In this document: positions 1-10,793 of the stretch, one piece after another
Layout of the letters: every line of letters starts with the position of its first letter
Position numbering within the stretch: position 1 is the first letter of the stretch
Notes under the pieces: generated by a model
Database searches by the model: none
What the model was told of the DNA's origin: nothing
The model's input: only the letters and a program-made list of their open reading frames with translations
NCBI GenBank assembly: GCA_031394435.1
Contig: JANNTQ010000026.1
Span: forward strand, 1-58,973
Source of the DNA: Betaproteobacteria bacterium
GTDB taxonomy: Bacteria > Pseudomonadota > Gammaproteobacteria > Burkholderiales > SG8-39
Reading direction: 5' to 3'
Length of the DNA: 58,973 bases
Position numbers and translations under genes: made by a program

Positions 1-1005
1 GACGAGCTGCGCGCGGCCGCCGCGAAGTACATGGCCGGGATGCGCGGGGGACTGCCGATCCGCCCCGAGGACGTAGTGGTGGGCGCGGGGGCGAAACCCT
101 TCATCGCCTATGCCATCCTTTCCACCACCGACTACGGCGCCGGGGACGAGGTGATCTACCCCAACCCGGGCTTCCCGATCTACGAGTCGCAGATCGTCGC
201 CCACGGCGCCAGGCCCGTGCCGATCCACCTGCACGAGGCGCGCGACTTTGCCTTCGATCCGGCGGAACTCGAGCGCCTGATCACCTCGAAGACCAGGCTC
301 CTGATCCTCAACTATCCCCACAATCCCACCGGCGGGCTGCTCTCGCGCAGGGACCTCGAGGCGGTCGCCGCGATCCTGCGCAAGCACCCGCAGGTCTGGG
401 TGTATGCCGACGAGATCTACTCGCGGCTGTGCTACACGGGCGAATTTTTCTCCATCGCGCAGCTGCCGGACATGTACGAGCGCACCATCATCTCGGATGG
501 CGCCTCGAAGACCTGGGCCATGACCGGCTGGAGGATCGGCTTCACCTCCAATCCGCTGCTGGCGGCACATTTCACGCGCTGGATCACCAACACCGAGTCC
601 TGCGCTTCGCAGATTTCGCAGTGGGCGGCGCTGGAGGCGATCACCGGCCCGCAGGACGCGGCGGCGATGATGCGCGCGAGCTTCCTCGAGCGGCGAGACC
701 TGATGCTGGGACTGCTCAACAAGGTGCCCGGCGTGGCCTGCCGCAACCCGGGCGGGGCGTTCTACGCCTGGCCCAACGTGACGCAAGCCTGCAAGATGAT
801 CGTCGCCGCGGACTCGGAAGAATTCAGAAAGCGCCTGCTGCACGAGGCCGGCGTGGCGGTGCTCGCCGACATCCACTTCGGCTCGCGCGTGCCGGGCGAG
901 GGCCAGCACCTGCGCTTTTCCTACGCCGCGTCGAAGCAGGCGATCGAGCAGGGTGTGGCGCGCATGGCCGAGTTCATCAGGAAGAACACGCGCAAGGCCG
1001 CATGA
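1..1005 (+). CDS. PLP-dependent aminotransferase, class I/II (AspC-like); 5' end outside window
   Basis: The frame is open from base 1. Motifs: LNYPHNPTG and SDGASKTWAMTGWRIG (Schiff-base Lys region of class I aminotransferases). The stop overlaps the next start (ATGA). Confidence 0.85.
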   Translation, partial: DELRAAAAKYMAGMRGGLPIRPEDVVVGAGAKPFIAYAILSTTDYGAGDEVIYPNPGFPIYESQIVAHGARPVPIHLHEARDFAFDPAELERLITSKTRLLILNYPHNPTGGLLSRRDLEAVAAILRKHPQVWVYADEIYSRLCYTGEFFSIAQLPDMYERTIISDGASKTWAMTGWRIGFTSNPLLAAHFTRWITNTESCASQISQWAALEAITGPQDAAAMMRASFLERRDLMLGLLNKVPGVACRNPGGAFYAWPNVTQACKMIVAADSEEFRKRLLHEAGVAVLADIHFGSRVPGEGQHLRFSYAASKQAIEQGVARMAEFIRKNTRKAA

Positions 1006-1457
1006 GCCAGTGGCGGCCCAGCGTCACCGTCGCGGCGGTGATCGAGCGCGGCGGGAAATTCCTTTTCGTGGAGGAAATGGCGAACGGGCAGCGCGTGCTC
1101 AACCAGCCCGCCGGCCACCTAGACCCGGGCGAGTCGTTGCTGCAGGCAGTGGTTCGGGAGACGCTGGAGGAAACGGCGCACCGCATCACCCCCACGGCGC
1201 TCCTCGGCATCTACCGCTGGCGCTACGACAAGGAGGAAGACGTGACCTACCTGCGTTTCGCCTTTCGCGGGCGCGTGGACGGCGTGGACGGGGGACGGCA
1301 ACTCGACAGGGAGATCGTGGCGGTGGTCTGGCTGACGCCCGCCGAGCTTGCCGCGCGGCGCGCCGAGCACCGCTCGCCGCTGGTGCAGCAGTGCGTGGAC
1401 GACTGCCTCGCGGGACGCAGCTTTCCGCTCGAAGCGCTGTCGAAGGCCTATGCCTGA
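1002..1457 (+). CDS. NUDIX hydrolase
   Basis: Nudix box [22 protein letters not shown] (GX5EX7REUXEEXGU pattern). ATG at 1002 overlaps the upstream stop. Confidence 0.85.
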   Translation: MSQWRPSVTVAAVIERGGKFLFVEEMANGQRVLNQPAGHLDPGESLLQAVVRETLEETAHRITPTALLGIYRWRYDKEEDVTYLRFAFRGRVDGVDGGRQLDREIVAVVWLTPAELAARRAEHRSPLVQQCVDDCLAGRSFPLEALSKAYA

Positions 1458-2504
1458 AAAAGTCGTCGTGGGAATGTCCGGCGGGGTGGACTCGTCGGTC
1501 GCCGCGCTGCTCTTGAAGCGCGCGGGCTACGAGGTGGTCGGGCTGTTCATGAAGAACTGGGAGGACGACGACGACGGCGAGTACTGCTCGACGCGCGAGG
1601 ATTTTATGGACGCGGCCACGGCGGCGGACGTCATCGGCGTGGACCTCGAGGCGGCGAACTTCGCCGCCGAGTACCGCGAGCGCGTGTTCGCGAGCTTCCT
1701 CGCCGAATACTCGGCCGGGCGCACGCCGAACCCGGACGTGCTGTGCAATGCCGAGATCAAGTTCAAGGCTTTCCTCGACCACGCGATGAAGCTCGGCGCG
1801 CAGCGCATCGCTACCGGCCACTACGCGCAGCTGCGGGAGAAGGACAGCAAGGTGGAGCTGCTGCGCGGCGCGGACGCGGGCAAGGACCAGAGCTACTTCC
1901 TGCACCGGCTGACGCAGGGACAGTTGTCGCGCGTGATGTTCCCGCTCGGGCACCTGGAAAAGCCCGAGGTGCGCAGGATTGCGGCAGCGGCGGGCCTGCC
2001 GAACCACGCCAAGAAGGATTCGACCGGCATCTGTTTCATCGGCGAGCGGCCGTTCCGCGAATTCCTCAACCGCTACCTGCCGAAGACGCCCGGCCCGATG
2101 GTCACGGCGCAGGGCAAGCGCGTGGGAGAGCACATCGGGCTTGCGTTCTACACCATCGGGCAGAGGAAAGGCATCGGCCTCGGTGGCGCGGGAGAGCCGT
2201 GGTACGTGGCGGAAAAGCGCATGGCGGCGAACGAGCTGGTGGTGGTGCAGGGCCACGACCACCCGTCGCTGTTACGCTCCTCCTTGCAGGGAATGGATGC
2301 GAGCTGGGTGCTGGATGCACCGGCGTCCGGCACGGCGCATTCGGCCAAGACCCGCTACCGCCAGGCCGACTCCGCCTGCACAGTAACGCGCGTCGCAAAC
2401 GGGAGCATCTCGGTGGACTTCCCCCAACCCCAGCGCGCCGTCACGCCTGGCCAGTCCGTCGTGCTCTACGACGGTGAGGTCTGTCTCGGGGGGGCGGTGA
2501 TCGC

Positions 2505-2508
<4 letters not shown>
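1450..2508 (+). CDS. mnmA: tRNA 2-thiouridine(34) synthase MnmA
   Basis: N-terminal PP-loop [15 protein letters not shown]. Also [19 protein letters not shown] and KDQSYFL motifs. I chose the internal ATG at 1450 rather than the longer ORF start at 1348. Confidence 0.93.
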
Positions 2509-4712
<2,204 letters not shown>

Positions 4713-4719
4713 GCGGCTG

Positions 4720-6726
4720 ATGCTGCACGCCGCTGTCATCGCGCTGTCGTCGTTCCTGCTGTTCCTGGTGCAGCCGTTGATCGCGCGCCTGATCCTGCCG
4801 TGGTTCGGCGGCGGCGCGGCGGTGTGGACCACCTGCATGCTGTTTTTCCAGAGCCTGCTGCTCGCCGGCTACGCCTACGCGCACGCCTCGAACGTCAGGC
4901 TCGCGCCGCGCAAGCAAGCGATCCTGCACATCGCTCTGCTTGCGGCTGCGGCGGCAACGCTGCCGATCGCACCCTCGGAACGCTGGAAGCCGCTCGGCGA
5001 GGAGGAGCCGATCAGCGCCATCCTGGTCCTGCTCGGCGCCGCGGTCGGGCTGCCCTACCTCTTGCTGTCGGCTACCAGTCCGCTGGTGCAAGCCTGGTTC
5101 GCGCGCGCGCGCCCGGGCCAGAACCCGTATCGCCTGTTCGCGCTGTCCAACGTCGCTTCGCTCGCCGCGCTGGTCGGCTACCCGCTCGCGGTGGAGCCTT
5201 TCCTTTCCAACGGCGAACAGGTGGCGGGATGGTCGTGGCTGTTCGCCCTGTTCGCGCTGCTGTGCGCGGCGCTCGCCTGGAGGAGCGCCGCGCCTCTCGC
5301 CGCGGATGCTTCGGCAGTGCCCGACGCGCCGCCGTCCAGGCGCTCGGAGGTGCTGCACTGGCTGGCACTGTCCACCACCGGCTCAGTGATGCTGCTCGCG
5401 GTGACCAACCATGTCACGCAGAACGTGGCGGCGATCCCGCTGTTGTGGCTCGCGCCGCTGACACTGTACCTGCTCACATTCATCCTCGCGTTCGAGGGCG
5501 GCTTGTACCGCACGGAAATCTTCTGGAGTTTCTGCCTGGTGTGGCTGATGGGCATGGCTTGGCTGCTGGTGGACGCCGACTACCAGTTCGACCTGGCGAT
5601 GCAGCTGGGCGTGTTCCTGTCGGGGCTGTTCGTCACGTGCCTGTTTTGCCACGGCGAGCTCTATCGGCTGCGGCCGCCGCCACGCCACCTCACCGCGTTC
5701 TACCTGACGGTATCGGCGGGCGGGGCGCTGGGCGGGTTGCTGGTGGCGGTGGTGGCCCCGCTCGCCTTCGATGGCTACTACGAGCTCGGCCTGGCGATGG
5801 TCGCGGTGGCCTTCCTCGCCGCGCTGCGCTGCGCGACGCTGCACGAGCTTGCGCGCAACATGAGCCTCGCGGCGCTGATGGGGGTGACTGGCGCGGCGAT
5901 TTACGACGGCCTGCGTTTTTCGCAGGACGTGCGCCTGGCGGCGCGCAATTTCTACGGCGTGCTGCGCGTGAAGGAATACGGCACGCCGGGCGAACCCAGC
6001 CACCTGCGCCGCCTGCTGCACGGCGTGATCATGCACGGCGAGCAGTACCTGCATCCGGAGCACCGCGGCATGCTCACCACCTACTACCAGCACAGCTCGG
6101 GCATCGGCGCGGCGCTGCTCGCACGCCGCGACCAGCCCGGGGCGATGCGCGTCGGGGTGATCGGCCTGGGCACCGGCACGCTCGCCGCTTACGGCCGCAA
6201 GGGCGACACCTACCGCTTCTACGACATCAACCCGCGGGTGGTGGAGGTCGCCGGGCGCGAATTCACCTACCTGGCGGACAGCGAGGCGACGATCGAGCTG
6301 GAAATCGGCGATGCGCGCCTCTCGCTGGAGCACGAGCCGCCGCAGCATTTCGATGTCCTGGCGGTGGACGCATTTTCCAGCGACGCGATCCCGGTGCACC
6401 TGATCACGCGGGAGGCGCTGGCGCTGTACCTGCGCCACGTGAAGCACGGCGGCATCGTCGCCTTCCACGTCTCCAACCGCTTCCTCGCGCTGGTGCCGGT
6501 GGTGGCGCGCCTCGCGCGAGAGAACGGCGCGCACGCGGTGGCGGTGTTCGAAGGCTCGGACGAAGACGAGTCGCGCACGCAGAGCGACTGGGTGCTGGTG
6601 TCGCGCGACCCCAAGGCGCTGCAGGGCAAGGAATTCGAGGCCGTGGGCGCGGAGGCGGCCGCGGACCGCGAAGGCCTGCGCACCTGGACCGACGACTACT
6701 CCAACCTTGTCAAAATTCTAAAGTAG
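4720..6726 (+). CDS. Polytopic membrane domain fused to a spermidine-synthase-like (class I SAM/dcSAM-binding) domain
   Basis: The N-terminal ~430 aa are strongly hydrophobic, suggesting many TM helices. The C-terminal part has VIGLGTGTLAAYG ... DVLAVDAFSSDAIPVHLIT, typical of the aminopropyltransferase fold. Confidence 0.75.
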   Translation: MLHAAVIALSSFLLFLVQPLIARLILPWFGGGAAVWTTCMLFFQSLLLAGYAYAHASNVRLAPRKQAILHIALLAAAAATLPIAPSERWKPLGEEEPISAILVLLGAAVGLPYLLLSATSPLVQAWFARARPGQNPYRLFALSNVASLAALVGYPLAVEPFLSNGEQVAGWSWLFALFALLCAALAWRSAAPLAADASAVPDAPPSRRSEVLHWLALSTTGSVMLLAVTNHVTQNVAAIPLLWLAPLTLYLLTFILAFEGGLYRTEIFWSFCLVWLMGMAWLLVDADYQFDLAMQLGVFLSGLFVTCLFCHGELYRLRPPPRHLTAFYLTVSAGGALGGLLVAVVAPLAFDGYYELGLAMVAVAFLAALRCATLHELARNMSLAALMGVTGAAIYDGLRFSQDVRLAARNFYGVLRVKEYGTPGEPSHLRRLLHGVIMHGEQYLHPEHRGMLTTYYQHSSGIGAALLARRDQPGAMRVGVIGLGTGTLAAYGRKGDTYRFYDINPRVVEVAGREFTYLADSEATIELEIGDARLSLEHEPPQHFDVLAVDAFSSDAIPVHLITREALALYLRHVKHGGIVAFHVSNRFLALVPVVARLARENGAHAVAVFEGSDEDESRTQSDWVLVSRDPKALQGKEFEAVGAEAAADREGLRTWTDDYSNLVKILK

Positions 6727-6729
6727 GGA

Positions 6730-6766
6730 CAGACCCAATTTTTCGCATAGTGGAAAAAGGGGTCTG
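6730..6766 (+). terminator. Stem-loop downstream of the 4720-6726 gene (no clear T-run)
   Basis: CAGACCC/GGGTCTG outer stem and TTTTTC/GAAAAA inner stem around an 8-nt loop, with a small internal loop. Confidence 0.3.
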
Positions 6767-6830
6767 ACGCCGGTTTTCGGCAACGGGAGTAAGCTCGTTC
6801 GCTAGTGCGGTTTCAAGGCGGGGGTGGGGA

Positions 6831-9800
6831 GTGAACGAGAGGGTCGCCGGTGTGGCGGGGCCGGAGGCGCGGGCCGCCGGGCTTGAGGCCGAGATGCGCG
6901 TGCTGGAGATGATCGCGCTAGGCAGGCCGGTGCCCGAGGTGCTCGAAGCCCTGGTGCGCGCGGTCGAGCGGCAGTCCGCCGACGGCATGATCGGCTCGGT
7001 GCTGCTGCTGGACGCCGAAGGCAAGCGCCTGCGCCATGGCGCTGCGCCGGGGCTCCCCGCAGTGTACTGCGCCGCGATCGACGGGCTCGAAATAGGGCCG
7101 CAGGTCGGGTCCTGCGGCACGGCGGCGCACACCGGCCGGCGCGTGATCGTGAGCGACATCCGCAGCGACCCGTTGTGGGCCGCTTTCCGCGAGCTTGCTG
7201 CCGCCCACGACCTGCGCGCTTGCTGGTCCACACCGATCAAGTCGCGCACCGGGAAAGTGCTCGGCACCTTCGCCATGTATTACCGGGAGCCGCGCGCCCC
7301 GTCGGCGGCGGACCTGGAGCTGATCGAGCGCACCGAGCATCTCGCCGGCATCGTCCTCGAGCGCGACCGGGCCGACGTGGCGCTGCGCGACGCCGAGTCC
7401 CACCTGCGCATGATCTTCGACACGCTGCCGCTCGCGATGGGTCACATCGATCGCGAAGAGCGCTACGTGACCGTCAACCTCGGCATGGAGGCGCTGCTCG
7501 AACGCTCGCGCGACGAGGTGGAGGGGCGTACGGTGCGCGAGGTGCTGGGCGAGGCGGCGTACGAGGTGATCCGGCCGCACATCGCGACCGTGCTGCAGGG
7601 CCGAGAGGTCTCCTTCGAGCGCTCACGCAATCGCCCGGACGGCTCGACCATCTGGCTGCGCGTGCAGTACGTCCCGCGAAGCGCTGCGGAGGGCGTCAAA
7701 GGCTATTTCGTGCTGCTCACCGACATCACGGAGCAGAAGCGCGCCGAGATTGCCGCGCGCGAGGGCGAAGCGCGCTTTCGGGCGCTCACCAACCTATCCT
7801 CCGACTGGTACTGGGAGCAGGACGCGGCGTTCCGCTTCACGGTGCTGTCGGGACCCGGCGCCGCCGCGCTCGCCGACGGCGAGGTGTCGAAGTATCTCGG
7901 TACGACGCGCTGGGGCAGCGGGGACCTCGAGCCGCTCGAGGGCGACTGGGCGGCGCACCGCGCGATGCTCGAGCAGCATCAGCCGTTCCACGAGGTGGTG
8001 CTGCGGCGCAGGTTCGCCGACGGCAGCGATGGCTACATGGCCGTGAGCGGCGAGCCGCTGTTCGCCGCCGACCGGCGCTTCGCCGGCTACCGCGGCGTGG
8101 CGAAGAACGTGACCGATCGGGTGCGCGCGGCGCAGGCGCTGCGCGAGAGCGAAGAGCGCTTCCGCAGCCTGTCCAAGCTGTCCTCCGACTTTTACTGGGA
8201 GACGGATTCCGAGCACCGTTTCAAGGCACTGGCGGACGAGAGCGCGCTGAAAAGAGGCAACAGCGACCGCGCCGTGGGCAAGACCGCCTGGGAGATCCCC
8301 TCGGTGCATCCGTCGGAGGAGGGCTGGCGGGCGCACAAGGGGCTGATGGACAGGCACCTGCCGTTCCGCGACTTCGAGTTCGCGCGCCAGATCGCCGATG
8401 GCGAGGTGCACTGGTACTCGGTCAGCGGCGAGCCGGTGTTCGACGCTGCGGGCAACTTTACACGCTACCGCGGCGTGGGGCACGAGGTCACCGACCGCAA
8501 GCTCGCCGAGCATAAGCTGGAGCGCCTGGCGCACTACGACGAGCTCACGGGCCTGCCCAACCGCGCGATGTTGCAGGACCGGCTGGCGCAGGGGCTGTTG
8601 CGCGCCAAGCGCAGCGAAACGCTGCTGGCGGTGATGTTCCTCGACCTGGACAGGTTCAAGGAAGTGAACGACAGCCTCGGCCACGCGGTGGGCGACGAGC
8701 TGCTGCAGAGCGTGGCCGGGCGGCTGGCCGGCTGCCTGCGCACCACCGATACCGTGGCGCGCCTGGGCGGCGACGAGTTCACAGTGTTGCTCGAAGGCGT
8801 GCGCAACGTGGAGGAGATCGACAGCGTGGCGCGCAAGATCCTCGCCGCGATGACAAAGCCGCTGCGCGCCGGGGGCCACGAGCTGTTCGTCTCGGCCAGC
8901 GTGGGCGTCACCATCTACCCGCTGGACGACCAGGACCGGGACACGCTGCTGAAGAACGCGGACATGGCGATGTACCACGCCAAACAGGAAGGCCGCAACA
9001 ACGTGCAGTACTTCTCCCCCGAGATGGGCGTGCGTTCCGGGCGCAAATTGGACCTGACGACGCACCTGCGCCATGCCATCGAGCGCGGCGAGTTCGAGCC
9101 CCACTACCAGCCGATCGTGGAAATCGTCACCGGCAGAATCTGCGGCCTGGAAGCCCTGATCCGCTGGCGCAACGCCGACCTGGGCATGGTCAGCCCCGCG
9201 CAATTCATCCCGATCGCGGAGGACACCGGGCTGATCGTGCCGATCGGCGAGTGGATGCTGCGCGCGGTGTGCAAGCAGATGGCCGTCTGGCGGCGTGCCG
9301 GTTGCGCGCCGGGTTACGTGGCGGTGAACCTGTCGCCGCGGCAGTTCCGGCAGGACGACCTGGTGGACGTGGTGGCGCGGGTGCTGCGCGAATCGCGCGT
9401 GCCGGCGAGATCGCTCGAGCTGGAGGTCACCGAGGGCACGATCATGCATCGCACCGAGGAGGCCATCGTCAGCCTGCGGCGCTTGCGCCGCCTGGGGGTG
9501 CGCATCGCGATCGACGATTTCGGCACCGGCTACTCGTCGCTCGCCTACCTGCAGCGCTTCCCGGTGCATACGCTCAAGGTCGACCAGTCCTTCGTGCGCG
9601 ACATCCGCAGCGACAAAGACCAGGCGGCGATCGTCACCGCCGTCATCGGCCTGGCCAGGAGCCTCAAGCTCACGGCGCTGGCCGAGGGCGTGGAGACTCG
9701 CGAGCAGCTCGCGTTCCTGAAGGCGAACGGCTGCGACCGCTACCAGGGGTATTTCTACAGCCGCCCCGTTGCGGCGCAGGACGTGGAGGTCTTGCTGCGC

Positions 9801-9881
9801 AAGCAGGGCCGGGCGCGCGCCGTCGCTAGACCACGGCGCCTTCGTTCCGGTCCTTCTCGGCGCTCTTCACCGGCACGATGA
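6831..9881 (+). CDS. GAF - 3xPAS - GGDEF - EAL c-di-GMP turnover protein
   Basis: GTG start follows GGGGTGGGGA. N-terminal GAF-like region. Three PAS-like repeats with recurring ...RF(R/K)ALxxxSSD(W/F)YWE(Q/T)D... modules. Intact GGDEF (ARLGGDEFTVLL) and EAL (GLEALIRW, DDFGTGYSSL) motifs. Confidence 0.9.
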   Translation: MNERVAGVAGPEARAAGLEAEMRVLEMIALGRPVPEVLEALVRAVERQSADGMIGSVLLLDAEGKRLRHGAAPGLPAVYCAAIDGLEIGPQVGSCGTAAHTGRRVIVSDIRSDPLWAAFRELAAAHDLRACWSTPIKSRTGKVLGTFAMYYREPRAPSAADLELIERTEHLAGIVLERDRADVALRDAESHLRMIFDTLPLAMGHIDREERYVTVNLGMEALLERSRDEVEGRTVREVLGEAAYEVIRPHIATVLQGREVSFERSRNRPDGSTIWLRVQYVPRSAAEGVKGYFVLLTDITEQKRAEIAAREGEARFRALTNLSSDWYWEQDAAFRFTVLSGPGAAALADGEVSKYLGTTRWGSGDLEPLEGDWAAHRAMLEQHQPFHEVVLRRRFADGSDGYMAVSGEPLFAADRRFAGYRGVAKNVTDRVRAAQALRESEERFRSLSKLSSDFYWETDSEHRFKALADESALKRGNSDRAVGKTAWEIPSVHPSEEGWRAHKGLMDRHLPFRDFEFARQIADGEVHWYSVSGEPVFDAAGNFTRYRGVGHEVTDRKLAEHKLERLAHYDELTGLPNRAMLQDRLAQGLLRAKRSETLLAVMFLDLDRFKEVNDSLGHAVGDELLQSVAGRLAGCLRTTDTVARLGGDEFTVLLEGVRNVEEIDSVARKILAAMTKPLRAGGHELFVSASVGVTIYPLDDQDRDTLLKNADMAMYHAKQEGRNNVQYFSPEMGVRSGRKLDLTTHLRHAIERGEFEPHYQPIVEIVTGRICGLEALIRWRNADLGMVSPAQFIPIAEDTGLIVPIGEWMLRAVCKQMAVWRRAGCAPGYVAVNLSPRQFRQDDLVDVVARVLRESRVPARSLELEVTEGTIMHRTEEAIVSLRRLRRLGVRIAIDDFGTGYSSLAYLQRFPVHTLKVDQSFVRDIRSDKDQAAIVTAVIGLARSLKLTALAEGVETREQLAFLKANGCDRYQGYFYSRPVAAQDVEVLLRKQGRARAVARPRRLRSGPSRRSSPAR

Positions 9882-10767
9882 ACTGCGCGCGGTCCACGCC
9901 GAGCCACATCACCAGCGGGCTGGCGACGAGGACCGAGGAGTAGATGCCGAAGCAGATGCCGATGGTGAGGGCCAGCGCGAAGTAGTGCAGGGCGGGTCCG
10001 CCGAACACCAGCATGGTGGTGACCATCATCTGCGTGCTGCCGTGGGTGATGATGGTGCGCGAGATCACCCCGGTGATGGCGCTGTCGATCACTTCCGGCA
10101 CGCTCGCCTTCCTCATCTTGCGTAAGTTCTCGCGCACCCGGTCGAACACCACCACCGACTCGTTCACCGAATAGCCGAGCACCGCCAGCACCGCCGCCAG
10201 CACCGGCAGCGAGAACTCCCACTGGAAAAAAGCGAAGCAGCCCAGGATGATCACCACGTCGTGCAGGTTGGCGATGATCGCCGACAGGCCGAAGCGCCAC
10301 TCGAAGCGCATCCACAGGTACAGCACGATGCCCACCGCGGTCACCAGCAGCGCGAGCGCGCCGTACTCGGCCAGCTCCTCGCCGACCTGCGGGCCGACGA
10401 ACTCCACGCGCCGCAGCTCGACCGGCTTGCCCTCCGCCTGCAGCAGGCCCAGCACTTTCTGCGACAGGTCGGCGTTTGACTGGTTCTTCTCCAGGTGCAT
10501 GCGGATCAGCACGTCGCGCGAAGAGCCGAAGTTCTGCACCTCGGCCTTGAGGCCGGCCTTCTCCAGCGCCTGGCGGACGCGGTCCACGTCCGCTGACTCC
10601 CGGTAGCTCACTTCGATCAGCGTGCCGCCGGTGAACTCGACCGAGAAATTGAGGCCCTTGCTGGCGAGGAAGAACACGGCCAGCAGGAAGGTGGCCAGCG
10701 AGATGATGTTGAACACCAGCGCGTAGCGCATGAACGGGATGACGCGCCGGATCTTGAAGAATTCCAT
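9826..10767 (-). CDS. secF: Protein translocase subunit SecF
   Basis: FTGGT motif, six-TM layout, and position directly after secD. Confidence 0.93.
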   Translation of the reverse strand: MEFFKIRRVIPFMRYALVFNIISLATFLLAVFFLASKGLNFSVEFTGGTLIEVSYRESADVDRVRQALEKAGLKAEVQNFGSSRDVLIRMHLEKNQSNADLSQKVLGLLQAEGKPVELRRVEFVGPQVGEELAEYGALALLVTAVGIVLYLWMRFEWRFGLSAIIANLHDVVIILGCFAFFQWEFSLPVLAAVLAVLGYSVNESVVVFDRVRENLRKMRKASVPEVIDSAITGVISRTIITHGSTQMMVTTMLVFGGPALHYFALALTIGICFGIYSSVLVASPLVMWLGVDRAQFIVPVKSAEKDRNEGAVV

Positions 10768-10793
10768 GTGGCCCGCCTTCGGCTAGGTCTCTT

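Noticed and set aside
7794-9569. 591-aa antisense ORF opposite the GGDEF-EAL gene. The same type occurs at 1186-2262, 2932-4068, 5383-6534, 10818-12728, 15425-16498, 19855-20925, 23392-25107, 35692-37002, 37140-38900, 39836-40879, 44686-46014 and 55050-55889.
   Set aside because: These are typical GC-rich shadow ORFs. Their composition is dominated by R/A/G/P/H/Q, they have no recognisable domains, and each fully overlaps a gene with strong motif support on the other strand or in another frame.
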